From the human T2T-CHM13v2.0 reference genome, Homo sapiens: a DNA stretch of 64,000 nucleotides. A program made the position numbers and the translations under genes. The notes beneath the pieces are model-generated. The model searched no databases, was not told where the DNA came from, and saw only the letters and a program-made list of their open reading frames with translations. The stretch lies in the NCBI GenBank assembly GCA_009914755.4, contig CP068257.2:43744001-43808000 (forward strand), in the 5' to 3' direction. Below, piece by piece: positions 28,140-41,250 of this stretch. How positions within the stretch are numbered: the stretch's first letter is position 1; each line of letters begins with the position of its first letter.

Positions 28140-28620
28140 GGATTCCTGTAATAATTTGTTTCATTGTTTCCAATCGACTTAGTCACCAGGTTAAATAGTA
28201 GCATAGACCTTTCAAAAAAGTAGCTAGCTTATAAGTAGATGTATTGAAAACACCTGCTTGTTGAGTCGTAGACAATTCCTCATTTACTGTGTGAACTCTA
28301 GGGGGTGAAACACGGGCGGAGAGCGGCTGTGAGCTCACGCGGCTCCATCCCCACAGCGGCCCAGGGTCACTCGGGGCCATTAATCAGGCCGCAGAGCTGC
28401 CCTCTGAGCCGGGCCGCCAGCGCCCACAGGGCCCAGACCAGGGCTCCCTGGGCGGGATGTTTTAAATCGCACAGGGACAAAGGAAAGGAAAGACGCTGGG
28501 GCCCAAGCCCGAGCTTATGAAACGTTATCAAGGAGGAGATGTAAAAGGTGATGGTTTTTTTGCCTTTGAATAGAAAAAACAAAAACTGTTAACGCGAGCT
28601 TTGGTGAGATGCAATCTTGA
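28140..28620. promoter_or_regulatory. Unique AT-rich non-repetitive element immediately 3' of the CpG island; candidate intronic conserved enhancer
   Basis: Abrupt compositional switch. Contains homeodomain/TAAT-type motifs ('taataatttgtttcattgtttccaatcgacttagtcacc', 'cattaatcaggccgcagagctgcc', 'tttaaatcgcacagggacaaagg'). No repeat-family resemblance. Confidence 0.3.
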
Positions 28621-30367
28621 GATCTAAGAGTGGGGTGTAAAGTCAGTGCAGGCCTCAGCAGGGAAAGTTACGGTTGGCCAAATGGGCTGTGCGTTCCTCT
28701 TCTGTCCCGGGCCTGCCCCAGCCTCAAGCACTCTGGGGCAGGAAGGCCCCTTGGAGGTGTCTAATGGAATGTGGAAGGCGGGTGGCCAGGAGGCTGAAGC
28801 GGAAGCAGGCCCAGAGAGGGGTCTGCATGCTGCCCACACACCCCTCCCCCAGCCCGGAGAGAACTCAGGCTCCAGGCCACCCGCAGCCCGGGTTCCAGTC
28901 CTTGCAGGACCAAGTCCCCCTGAAATGGGAAAACAGTCGCCCCCTTTAGGGGTTATTGGAGAAGAGCTAATGTGTCTGAAATGCTGACTCTGGCGAGGGT
29001 TTCAGTTGTTCTCAAAACTTAAAAAGCACCCTTGAGAGTTGAAGGCCTGAGGCCCAGTTTGCTGATTTGCACATTTTTTTCTGGCCAAGAATGATGCATC
29101 TTTCCATGTCTCTGTGCTACACTTGATCCCTAGAAAAGTCTTTTGCTTTTTTGTGTCAGGATTGGTCACTGTGATGCTGAGGTTCTTGAATGGTGTTTGT
29201 GCCTTTCCCTGTAATCAGGAACCTGGGCTCAGTGGTCACTTGGCCGCTTGGTTGCCACCCAGCTGTGTGAGGTGCCGCAGTCTTACCTGCAATCTCTCCT
29301 CTGGTGGATTTGTGTGTGCGAAACAGCCGTGACCCCCAAGAGGTGCTTGTAGTCAGTGCTTCAGAGTCAGAGTGGAGCTGAGGAAGAGGACTGTGTCACC
29401 GGGGCAGTTGCTGATGCCCATGGCCACGCCAGGAGCCTGGTCTCATGAGTCTCCTTGTCTCTGAGCCTCTCCTACACTCCACCATGGCATCAAGCTCTAC
29501 CCCTGCCTCCCTGCAGCCCCCAGAAGATGCATGTCCTGCCCCTGCTCACCACTAGGACCTCCTCCTGTCTGGTGGTCAGCACAGAGCCCAGTGATGTGGG
29601 TACAAGGCAGGGTCCCTGCGCCTCACTTCCCACTCCCTCTGAAGCCCTGCAGGGATTGGGCTTCAGTGACCTGGGTTCCGTGGGTGTGGCTCACCCCAGG
29701 GCACACGGCGCCTAGGTAACGAGAGACCCTCCCGCGTAGAAGGTGGTCTTGTTTCTGGGCTCACCCACTGGGGAGTCTTCAGGATTCAGATGCAAGGACT
29801 TTGGAAGATAGTTTTGAATTTCAGCAAAACTTGTTTTTCAGGGCACTCCTGTTTTCCTGTAAATGAAAGCAGAGCAGGGGAAGTCCTCTGTAGGAAAACC
29901 TAGAAGGAGTGAACTGCCCTGCTCCAGAGTGCAGGCGCCAGACACTGGGGGCCAGTCCGGGAGAGCCCCACTTCACCTGCTGCTGCTCCATTTAAAAGTG
30001 CAAGGCACATGCATACACGGGCATGCACAATTGTGCACACAGGTGCACATTCCCAGTCACGCGAAGTGCAGGGGCACAACTGTGTACATGCACACACACA
30101 CAAAAGTGCACATGTGTGTGCACACACATGCCCCCCGCAGGCGTGTGATTCTCACAGTCATGCTGCATCCACACAAAGTCTTCCTCCCTCAGAGTGCCTT
30201 GTTCTGTCTTCACCTGGATTGTTGAAAAGGCTGGGGGCTGGGTTCTTTGGGCCCCGGGAGTGCCAGGGGATCCTGTGGTATGATCAACAGCACCACCGCC
30301 CTGGGAGCAGCTCCTGATTGCTGGGAACAGACAGTAGGGGCTGGGCTGGGGTAGAAGCTGCAGCCTG

Positions 30368-30510
30368 CAGGCAGCCCAGAGAGAGGGGCCCCCACAACAC
30401 CCTCCCCAGCCCCCGCTGATTGTGTGGGGGCAGGGAGTATGCAGGCAGCTCGGAGAGAGGGGCCCCCACAACACCCTCCCACCCCCGCTCACTGTGTTGG
30501 GGGAGGGGTG
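30368..30510. repeat. Tandem duplication, ~72-bp unit x2 (gcaggcagcccagagagaggggcccccacaacaccctcccc...)
   Basis: Two adjacent copies at about 90% identity. Confidence 0.85.
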
Positions 30511-33289
30511 CCTGCTTCTGCTCAGGAAGGAGACCCGGCTGGGTCTGGCTGTGGAGCGTATGTTGGAGACCTGAGGCCACCCTGGAACTCTCCAGGTGAA
30601 GCCTAGGGATCCAAAGAACCTCACAGCTGTGGGGGATGGAGTGGGGCAACACCTGAAACCTCCAGCAAGTCTCTTCCTCTCTCAGCCCCAGGCCTGCAGA
30701 GGAGGGTGTGCCAGCCAACTGGGCCTTTGTGCCGGCACTGGCTCCCCACCAGTGCTCAGGGGTCAGGTGCAGAGGCTGGCAGGGACAAAGCTGGCTGTGG
30801 CTGAGCACAGCCCCCAGGCTGGGGCTGTGTCTGGAGGGGCTGGCCATGGCCCTCACCCCACCCCCGGCATGGGGCACTGGACCATGCAGAGAAGGGACCA
30901 CCCCAGTGCCTGCCAGGGCCAGTCAGAGCTGCCACCCTCCAGGCTGTCTGTTAGCAGGTGCCTGTCAGAGAACAAGACGACAGGCCTGGCCAGGCCCAAC
31001 CCCACAGCGAGATTTCAGCGGCTGGCCAGTGGCAGACGGCGCAGGGTCTGAGACAGATATTCCCTCGTATGGTGCTGTGCAGGGCAGGGGCAGAATCCTG
31101 GGAAACTAAAATGCATGTTGGGCGCCCTTATACGATGATGATATTTGGTACATTTTGAAATACTGTGGCCCATGAAGATCCTGAAAGCAGTTTGGGGCAC
31201 TGTGGGGTGTTCTGTGGCCTCTGGGCTTGGGTGCTCCTCTTATCCAAGGCCTCCCAGGCCTGGGAGTTTGGGGTCTAAGGCCCTTTTCAAGGCCCAGGCA
31301 CCTGCCCAGAATGACTGGGCAGCTGAGACCCGCCTGCTGGGAGCCTTGCCAGGGCCAGCACTGGGCGGTCACAGGCCAGAGCCCTGCACCAGGCGGTCAT
31401 AGGCCAGGACCTGTCCAAGGCAGCGGAGTGCCAGGCAAGTGAAGCCCTGCCATCTGGTGCCTGAGCGCAGACCCTGCTCCACGGCCAGTGGCTGTCACCA
31501 GCCTTGCTGCCTCAGTTTCCCCTCCTTAACCCCGGGGCGGGAGTGGCTGCTTCCTCTAGGGGTTCTGTGAGCGGCCGCTGGCAATTGTGTAAAAGCCACA
31601 TACCACACACTGGATCTTTGTGCCAGATCCCGTGTCACGTGAGGAGACAGCCAGCCCAGGCAGGGAGCTGATCTGTGTTGTCCCCTGGCGCTGCCCGGGG
31701 CCACAGAGAGTGAGGGAGCGGTGCTTACCGGCCCTGGCGGTAACGTTTTAGATGGCGAGTTTAGGCCTCTGCAGAAGGGCTGTCAGGAGGAGCTTTTGAT
31801 CACGGATGCGCTGAGTCAGATGAAATGTGGAGGCTGCAGGGGAAGTGTCTGTGCCCCGTGCCTGCAGGAGCACGCCTTCCCCCCGCAGCTCCTCCGGCGC
31901 GGGCAGGCCCCGGCACGGCCTTTCTGGCTTCTTCCACAGGAGCCGTGGAAAGGGGAATTATTCTCAAGCCCCTGCATCTTTCTGGCACTTTCTGGCATTT
32001 CATGGTGGCAGATGGGGTCACCTCGCCACCTCGGGGCTGATCCCCTGTGGGGCCCCTCGTTCCCACAGGAGCCTTGTGATGGGCAGGGCAGGCACCAGCA
32101 CCAGGCTGGGTGGCGGTTTGGCTCTCACCACGCCGGCTTCCAGAAGGCCAGCAGGCTTGCGAGTGGGCACACGCTGGTGCTGGGGCCGGGCACTGGTGGG
32201 GGGTCAAGGGCTGACCCCTGCGGGGACCCCTGCAGACAGACACTGGGCCAGAGCCACAGGCAGGAAGGCCAATGGGAACGGCAGGAGGAGGGAGCGTGAT
32301 TGGTTACGGTGGCGGAGCTCGCACCCACCCCCGCAGCCGTTTGTTCGTTTGCTCATTTATTTTTGGTCTGAAGTCCATGCTTTTGTATTTCCCCACCGTT
32401 CCGTTGAGCAGCTTCAACATTTGCCGCAGTTAGGCCTCTCTGGAATCTGTGCTTAGAGATTGTGAGACAGGGTCAAGTTTCAGCAGCTCGGACTCCTCTG
32501 TCTGCAGAGAACCTGCCAGCACAGCTGCTCCTGGGGGCAGGAGAGGCACTGTCTGTTTTGGGGTGACGTGAGCTGATGGGAAAGCCAGGCTGGACATAGC
32601 TCCTGGGCCGGCAGCCCATCTTGGTGGCGGCTTCACGCCGTCTGGCATCTCCGGTCCTGGAGCATGAGGGCTCAGGAAGAGCCTCTGATTCGGCTGCTCT
32701 GGAGGCCTCGTCTGGACACACCTGGGCAGGCCCGAGTCCACACACCCTATGGCCTCAGGAACCGAGAGAGACCTTCCTTCCATGTTTCAACTTAGACAAC
32801 AGGAGACTTTGTTTTGGGAGGAATCACTCAATTCAGGTGGACGCTGCAGCTGGGCGGGACATCTGGCCTCTCCCTGTGGCAGGGAGGGGCATGGGAGAGA
32901 CAGGGGTAGTGTCCCAGGAACTCCGTGGGCCTGTGGCGAAGTCCCAGCCCTGCAGCTGCCAGTGCAGGGTGTTATCCAGGGGCAGGACATCGTCTGCAGT
33001 GGCTCTGCCTTCCCCGATGCCAGGTGACCCCATGGAGCCAGTGTCTGTGACCTCTTCCATGCTGGGGCTAAAGAGGCCAGCAGGATTGGGGGCTGGCATT
33101 AGTGGAGAACCTCAGAGCCCAGGGCTGTGGGCTGATGGGTGGCGAGGCCCCCGCCAGCTGCTTGGGGATAGCCCAGCCACTGTTCTTGGTCCACCCGGCC
33201 TTTGATTCCTTTTTCCTGTGTGCATTTTTGAGCACCTTCTGTGTGCGAGAGGCCGTGCCTGCCCGAGAAGAGAAGGAAACACCACAATG

Positions 33290-33480
33290 AGCCTCGGACA
33301 CCCACAGTCTGAAGGGCCCGGAGTAAGCCTCAGACGCCCACAGTCTGGAGGGCCCGGCGCTGTGAACGAGCAGTCACAGGGAACAGCGTGCCCTTATCGC
33401 TGACACAGGCTCTGGAGGGCCCGGCGCTGTGAGTGAGCAGTCATAGGGAACAGTGCACCCTTATCGCTGACACAGGCGAG
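33290..33480. repeat. Tandem repeat, ~67-bp unit x ~2.7 (tctggagggcccggcgctgtgaacgagcagtcacagggaacagcgtgcccttatcgctgacacaggc)
   Basis: Two full copies plus a partial upstream copy ('acagtctgaagggcccggag'). Confidence 0.88.
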
Positions 33481-33757
33481 GGCTTCGTCTTCTCACAGCT
33501 CTTATCTTGGGTGTCACCCCAGCCAGAGTCAGGGCTGATGGCGGGGGGTGGGGGGGGGCAGGCTGTGGTCAGGGACCTGCAGGAGAGGGGAGGGCCTCGC
33601 TTCTGATGGGCGACGTTCATTTACACACAGCTCTGCGGCCCAAACGGCCAGGCTGGATCCTGTCTTTTAAAAACCTTGCTAATTTGGTTGATGGAAAATA
33701 TCATCTCAGAGTTCTGTTTTGTGAGTCCCCATTGCCATGCGGGCAAACATTTTCATC

Positions 33758-33865
33758 CACTAAGGGGCCGTCGTGTTTCTCTGGGAACGTGGCGTTCACC
33801 GTGTGGGTGAACTTTTTCACGCACTAAGGGGCCGTCGTGCTTCTCTGGGAATGCCGGGTTTGTGG
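33758..33865. repeat. Tandem duplication, ~66-bp unit x ~1.6 (cactaaggggccgtcgtgtttctctgggaacgtggcgttcaccgtgtgggtgaactttttcacg)
   Basis: Adjacent near-identical copies. Confidence 0.85.
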
Positions 33866-33922
33866 CTCGTGCCCACTGCCCTGCAGGTGCATTCTCTTTC
33901 CCCGTAGCTTTTTGTCTGTTGA

Positions 33923-34378
<456 letters not shown>

Positions 34379-35814
34379 TAGAGATGGCACCCTGGAGTGG
34401 CCAGCAGAGCTCAGGGGCCTGCGGCCCAGGCACACAGACAATGGAGCTGGCCCTGCCACTTTGCTCATCTGTGGTGCAGGTCTGCTGAGGGGCCGTGAGG
34501 GTCCTGCAAGTGAAGGTGCTTGAGGCCTCAGTGCCTGTGGGGAGGCCACGTGGCACCTGTCAGCTGTTAGCGTCTTGACTCTGCCTTTGTGGATATGGAA
34601 TTAGAGATGCTTCTCACAGTAGTGGCTAAACTGTCAGGAAGCCTGGCCGTCATCTATGGTCCTCTTTGCCCTCATGGGTGGGATGCCGCCTAGTGTGATG
34701 GCTGAGAGCTCAGGCTGTGACCCTGAGTGTGTGTGGCCACGGGCAGGCTGCTCACCCTCTCCGTGTCTTGGTCTCTAATCTGTGCCTGGGGATGGTGGAG
34801 CGTCATGGGGCCATACAGGAAGGATGGGACATCACACATCGGCTTCCTGGGGTGTGTCCTGCTGACAGCCCTCTGAGGCCAGCCGGTCCTGAGGCTCTAG
34901 GGGGGACGCCACAGTGGAGAGAGGGCTCCATCCCCACCCTTAGGGCAGAGCCCCGTAGGAGGGACTGGTTTGCAACGTGAGTAAAATGGGTCCCCGTGAG
35001 CAGACACAGCTTTTGTGCTGCTTCTTACTGAGCCCCGCGCTGTGCCTGCTGAACTGAAAGATGTGTATTAGAGAGGGCAGCCATTCCCACCTCCTCCAGC
35101 CGCGCTACGTGTCCGCAGGCCAGGGCGCCTGCACCATGACAGGCTTCAACGCCCCTGTCGCGGGGACCCAGGGAACACCTGTCTCCTCCACTTGCTGGAT
35201 TTGTGACTGGGCGGCAAACATTTTCTAAAGTCTCCCGCTACGACCCCTCGGCTGTCAGGAGACTTCTGAGAAAGCCGGGCCTCTTTTGCCCCAGCGAGGA
35301 GCTTTCTTGTGAAGAGGCAGTTCCCGGAGGGAGGCGTCTGTGCTTTGTAAAGTTTAGCCTCATGTGCTGCCTCTGAGGAGGAGTTCAGAGAACATCCGCT
35401 TCCTTTCTGTTATCATCTCAGCCTTCCAGCCAGAAAGAAGGAAGCGTCCATGGATCCCGTCCACGCTAACCTTGGGGTCCCTCTGCCAGCCCTGCACATC
35501 CTTGTCCCTGGGCACTGAGGGAAGCAAAGGCCCCGCCAGCCATGCCCAGCACTTGTGCCTTTGCAGAGGCTAGAGGCAGGGTAGAGGATGGAGAGGGTTT
35601 AAAAGGCAGGTTCCCAGGAAATTCCCTAGGTGTGGGATTGGAGGGGTGCTGAGGGAGGTGGCGGACCCTCAGGGGCAGGAGCCTTATGGAGTGAGCTGGT
35701 CCATGGAGCTGGGAGGCGTCTTCTAGTATAAATTCTCATTTCAGCTAAACAGCTTGCCCTCTCCAAGCCCGTGTGCACCTGAACCATCTCTGCTCTCTGA
35801 GCCTTGGTCCCTTG

Positions 35815-35875
35815 GAGGAGCAGGAGGAGGTGGAGGAGGAGGATCGGGAGGAGGAGGGGGAGGCCCTTTCTGTAT
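35815..35875. repeat. (GGA)n/(GAG)n purine-rich triplet tract
   Basis: 'ggaggagcaggaggaggtggaggaggaggatcgggaggaggagggggagg'. Confidence 0.85.
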
Positions 35876-38094
35876 TGGATGCACCGCCTGGCCCCAGGCC
35901 CTCCTGCCCAGCCTTGTGGCTCTGGCCGTCAATCAGCTCCCTTCTCCTGGCTTTGCTGCTGCCCTGCCTCTTGCTAGGAGGCCATGGTGTGCCTGTGCCT
36001 GGCAGGCAGTGTTGCTGCTGACCTCTCATCTGTTTTGGGTCCCCAAATCTCAGCCCTGTCTCCCTTTCGGGGGCACATCTTGATGCGGGGTCTCTGATCC
36101 CCTCGGGGCAGCAGGACATCCCTGTTTTCCAGCTGAAATGAGACTTCACCCCCAAAGGAATGGGCTCCAGTGCGACCTACTCAGGTTGTTAGTCACACGT
36201 TTCTATTGTGAAAATGACTGAGAATGTTGTGGGAGGTTTGGAAACCAGGAAGACCACCTGTCCCAATTCAGCCTTTCCTGTCATCACAGGGGACGTCTGG
36301 CATTTTAACAGACCTGGGCGGCCTCCTGCAGACAAGGCTCGGACCCTGCGGCCGACTCTGCCCCAGGCCTGGCCCCTGCTGATGGCCATGCTCCGGGCAT
36401 GTGGCCTGAGGGCCTCACGGACAGCCAGCCTCCCAGACCAGAAAACAGCCCTGCCCGCCAGTGAGAGGGCAGACAGATGGACACTAATGTCCCCGAACCT
36501 AAGAAACAAAACCCAAAACCCTCATTTATGCTTCCACTTCCGATCACACGCATAGAAGGCCGAATACTGACCCCGAGCTGACCACCCCGGCCTGTGGGAC
36601 CCGTGAGTATGGCCTGTGTGTGGGATGAGGCTCAGGATCAGGTGCAGATGACCCTGGATTATCAGGTGGGCCCCGCGTCATTACGAGGGTCCTTATAGAG
36701 AAGGGGCAGGACAGGGAGAGGAGGGGATGATGGAGATGGAGCCGCTGGGGAGGGCATGAGAAGACCAGGAAGTGGGTTCCCCCTGGAGCCTCCAGAGGAC
36801 CCCTGCGGGCACCGTGACTTCTGACTTCCAGTCTCCTGAGCTCTGAGGGATGCCTGTGTTGCTTTAAGACACTGACTGACTTGTCCCAGCAGCCAGAGGT
36901 GACAGTGCGGCGTGGTGTTGGTTCACCGAAGGGGTGGCATTAGTGACCATGGGAATAAGGGCCTCTCACCTGCGAAGGGCCACTCCGTGGGGCAGGAAGT
37001 CTTGGATGTGTGCCGGCTTCAGCAGGACCCTCAAGGCTGCTGGGGGTCAGAATATGAGCACTTCCTGCACACCCAGGGCCACCCCAGGCTGCAGGCTTTG
37101 TGGAGACTTAAAGATGAGTCCTCGGCCTTCGGAATCTCCTGACTCAATGGAACCTCTGGTCTTCAGGTCCCCAGGATGACCTCCCAACAGGCCCAGGGCA
37201 GCAGCCAGGAGCTGGACACCCGGGGCTCAGAGCTCAGGACCGGCTGCCACGGGTGGGGCAGGAGGAGGGGCAGGACCATGCGCAGGGGCGGCGGAGCGGG
37301 GCTGTGAATGGAGCCCCCCTTCCGGAAGATGGATGCAGGTGGGAACCAGCGTGGTGTGGAGTTGAGAGCGGGGGTGCGGCAGGCGGCCGGGGCAGGCCCC
37401 GGACGGGAAAGTGCAGGCGGTGCCATTGATCAGACCCTGGCTGGGGGCCTGGGGTTCACGCCTTGCCTGGCCTTCAGAGAGGTGCGAGCTCTACTTTTGG
37501 AGAATGAGGCAAAGGCGCAGAAGCACTCCCGGAAAGTGCCATCCAGCCCAGTGCCTGGCGCTGCAGCCGGGTGGAGCCCCAGGTGGTGCTCACGCAGCCA
37601 GGCGGGCATGGTGTGTTGGGGGTTTTCATAAAGAAAAGCTGACCAGGCACGTGCCAAGCAGGCCCTCAGCCCTGAGGGTACTTGCCGGGGGCCGGGAGAG
37701 TGTGGGCCCCCGCTTATCCAGAACACTGCGTGGGCCCTCGGCTATCTGGAATGCCTTGCCGGGCCTTTCAATTATCCAGAACACACAGCCAGACCCCTTC
37801 TGTTATCCGGACTGCCCAGCAACACCGGGCAGGTATGCCTCTGTGACCCTGACCCAGCTGAGTTGGGAACGTGGCCACACCGGCCCTTCCTGTGGGGCCC
37901 GTGAAACCTGTGAATCACGCCTCTCATTGGCATCTGGATCGTGGCTCCCTAGACCCGGCTTTTTAAACCTATTCTTGGGGAATGGGGACCTTCTCTGAGG
38001 TCCATCTTGGTCAGGAGCAGTAGGGCCGGCCAGCCTGGATCTCTGTCCTGCAGCCCACTTTCTGGCCAGGAGACTGGGGCAGCACACATAGTCT

Positions 38095-38235
38095 TGCCAT
38101 GCCCAGTGTCCTTTGTGAACTGGGGCCGGTGTGGGGGTGGCCGGGGCACAGTCTCCCCACGCCTGGTGTCCTTTGTGAACTGGGGGTGGTGTGGGGACCG
38201 CGAGGCTCCGCACTGGTGTGGGGGTGGCCGGGGCA
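38095..38235. repeat. Tandem duplication, ~65-bp unit x2 (gtcctttgtgaactggggccggtgtgggggtggccggggcacagtctccccacgcctggt)
   Basis: Adjacent diverged copies. They generate the paired ORFs 38007..38327 and 38099..38281. Confidence 0.85.
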
Positions 38236-38274
38236 GGGCGGTGTTTGCTTGGATTCAGAAATCCAGGCCCCTAG

Positions 38275-38430
38275 GTGTTGAACCTGAGGACAGTGTGCTC
38301 TCCTGGGCCTCGGTCCGTCCTCTGTGACCTGGTCACCCAGCATCTCTTAGATTTCCTCTGAGGACAGTGTGCTCTCCTGGACCGCGGTCCGTCCTCTGTG
38401 ACCTGGTCACCCGGCATCTCTTAGATTCCA
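38275..38430. repeat. Tandem duplication, ~78-bp unit x2 (ctgaggacagtgtgctctcctgggcctcggtccgtcctctgtgacctggtcacccagcatctcttagatt)
   Basis: Two adjacent near-identical copies. Confidence 0.9.
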
Positions 38431-38617
38431 GCTTAGGCTCAGCAGGTGCTAAATATTATTCAGATTGGAGCTGCATGCTGACTAGCACACAGTTTCTAGT
38501 TGAACTCCAGAGGTGCAGCCTCGACTCTCCCACTTGATTGGAAGCAGCACAGCTCACTTTGCCTGGGTCTTTTATCCCCAGCCCCAGCGCCCGCCCCTGA
38601 CAACTCTTCCCTTCCCT

Positions 38618-38672
38618 CGTTCTGCATATGCTCGTTCTGCATATCCTCGTTCTGCATTTCCTCGTCTGAATT
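38618..38672. repeat. 15-bp tandem repeat x ~3.5 (cgttctgcatatgct / cgttctgcatatcct / cgttctgcatttcct)
   Basis: Direct repeats. ORF 38500..38766 shows 'FCICSFCISSFCISS'. Confidence 0.9.
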
Positions 38673-40436
38673 GCAAGCTGGTCTTGCTCTCGAGAGAGTG
38701 ACAGTGCTTTCAGTGTCAGGTATGTTTTCTTGTTCCGTGAGTTTTCAGATATTTGGAAGCAGCTAATTTGATCTTTACCCTTCTGTTTTCAGCAGAAATA
38801 ATTCTAGTTCCCTAAGTTATTTTTGTTAAAGGGCTTTTCTGACTGTCGGTGTTCTTGGTTGCTTTTGGTTGTGGCGGGTTGCTGTTTAGATAATGTGTGT
38901 TTTGGGAAATGATCTTCCCAAAGGTGGTGCTGGGATCCCGGAGAGCCCGCCCAGATTCCCCAGGAGCAGCTCCTACCCTCACTGCCAGACCCTGCTGGTT
39001 TTTGTATTTCACGTGGACTCACCTCCTGGCTTGTCAGGGCCTTGTGGGATTCTTAGCCTCTTAATGGATACGAATGGCACCGGCTTGCCTTACCTCCTTC
39101 TGGCGCTTGCTTCTCTGTGCTTGTGGGCTGTTCCACTGTAGTCTCTGGATTGGCCCCCGAACGTGCCTGCCTGCTGTGCAGGGATCCCTGGGTTCCCCGG
39201 GGCTTGGGGCCCTTTCACCTGCAGGTTCCCTGTCCTGCGGTCTGTGGCTTGCTCAGTGTCCTCAGGTGTCCTCTTCCGACTCGAGGGTCTCACGGGTGCC
39301 CCCGCCCTGCCTGGCCCAGCTGCCCTCTCTGTGGCATTTCTAGGACCGCGGTCTCTCTGGCATTCTGTGTGCCAACTTCTGCTCCCTCCAGCTCCCTGAT
39401 GGGCTTTTCAGCACATCCCAGGACCTGTGCACCAGGCCTGTTAATAACAACAGACTGTGGGGTGACCGCTCTCGGCCGGGGGATGTGGTTTGGCCCAAAT
39501 CCTCTGCATCCGTTGTTGTAGCCACTGTGGTCTGGGCAGAGCTGGGCCCTCCATCCTGGGTGCCACTCCCGTGAAGTGGTGAAGGAGGTGCTGCTCTGTG
39601 GAAAACGCTAAGGGTGGGGAGAATTGCACCGTAGGGAAGAGAGAAAAGGGGGTTCTGGCCTCCAACCTCCTTCCCCAGGCCCCACCCACAGCGCAGCTGG
39701 CAGCACTCTGTGTCTCCGGCCTCTTCCATCTCCCCAGACCCGTCTTTCCTGGGAGGTGGCCTTGGCATGGCCAGTCCTGCTGCCGCAGGAACCGAGAAGG
39801 GCAGGTGCCTGTTCGTTAACGTGTGCCGCCCCCGGAGCGCTGGCTGTGAGTGGGGGCGCCTGGCGTGGGGCTGGACGGCCAGGGCCTGCTGTCTAGATGT
39901 GCAGTGACAAGACCCTTCCCTTCCAGGGGAGCCGGCTCTGACTCCGAGCTCTTTGTGGGCTGCATCTGCAGATTGAGGACAGCGCTGAGCGGAGCTGGCC
40001 GGGTGCTCATCCCTGGTGGGGGCAGAGGGGTCTGCATCCCGGCCCCCGGCTGCCGAAGTGGTAGGGTGGGCGTGCCCTTCCCACGCCTGCCCGCCAGCAT
40101 CGCTGAGGGTCCCCGAGCTGGGGAGGGATGTCTCTGGCAGGGCAGCTCAGTGCTGGGCTCATTCTTCCCACGTCAAGGCAGCCGTCCCTTCTTGGTGGTT
40201 TCCCTTGCTTTGTGGCAGGAGCTGGTGGCCTGGGAACAGCTGCCGGGTGTTTAGATGAATTCCCGGGCTGGCTCTGGGGCGGCGCTTGCCCGGTCACTTG
40301 TCTGCTGCGATCACTGCAGAGGCTGCCTCCTTGCTGAGCCTCAGGGTGCTCACCGGCGGTTCCCACCTGCTCTGCACAGCCCGCCTCGTGCACCTGCTGA
40401 CCCCACCGTGTCCACAGCCCGCCCTCCTTGGCTCAC

Positions 40437-40612
40437 ATCTCTTCCTGGGGTCTCAGGGAAGCGGCACCTCCTCAGGGGCCTCCCAGCCACCTCACGTCAC
40501 TTCCTGGGGTCTCAGGGAAGCGGCACCTCCTCAGGGGCCTCCCAGCCACCTCACGTCACTTCCTGGGGTCTCAGGGAAGCGGCACCTCCTCAGGGGCCTC
40601 CAAGGCTGTCTC
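40437..40612. repeat. Minisatellite, ~60-bp unit x3 (cttcctggggtctcagggaagcggcacctcctcaggggcctcccagccacctcacgtcac)
   Basis: Three head-to-tail copies. Several + ORFs repeat 'HLLRGLPATSRHFLGSQGSGTSSGAS'. Confidence 0.93.
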
Positions 40613-40959
40613 TGCTTTAGCATCGGGTTCCCGGGTCCCTCCCACCCCGACCTCCTGTGCCTGCGGCCCTGCGAGGCGTGATGGCCAATACACACCCTCT
40701 AGAGGGGCTTGTGTCATGTGGAACCAGCCAGACCCCCCGGACGGCTTGCAGGCAGGGAGATGGAGAAGCAACCCCTCCATGGGGCAGACAGTGCCATAGT
40801 CTTCACCGCCTCAGTCTGGGGGCATCAGGGCTGCAGGTCAGCTCTTCCCTGTCTTCAGTAAAGGATGGACGCGAGGACCAGGGTCCCCAGTGTCAGTGGC
40901 GGGTCAGGGATGCCAAAGTGCTGAGCAGAAGTTGGCCAGCCCTTGCCAGAGGCTCTGGA

Positions 40960-41250
40960 GCTGGGCCCTGACACACGATGCCGTGTGTAGTGACATGCAA
41001 TTCCATGTAGTGACGTGATTCCGTGTAGTAAGGCGATGCCGTGTGTGGTGACGTGCAGTTCCGTGTAGTGACGTGATGCCGTGTGTGGTGACATGCAGTT
41101 CCGTGTAGTGACGTGATGCCGGGTAGTGACGTGATGCCGTGTAGTGACGCAATGCCGTGTAGTTACATGATGCTGTGTGTAGTGATGCGCGATGCCGTGT
41201 GTGGTGACACGATGCCGTGTGTGGTGACACTTAATGTCATGTAGTGACAC
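40960..41250. repeat. Complex tandem repeat built from 'ccgtgtagtgacgtgatg'-type subunits (variable 18–47 bp)
   Basis: Many iterations of 'gtgacgtgatgccgtgt(g)tag'. The minus-strand ORFs repeat 'HVTTRH'. Confidence 0.88.

Noticed and set aside
29219-29342. Possible 124-nt exon (acceptor 'tttccctgtaatcag|', donor 'AAGAG|gtgctt') open in the phase required to follow exon 2
   Set aside because: Open-frame probability by chance is about 0.14. The encoded peptide (GTWAQWSLGRLVATQLCEVPQSYLQSLLWWICVCETAVTPK) is not domain-like and there is no supporting evidence. Left as unannotated intron.
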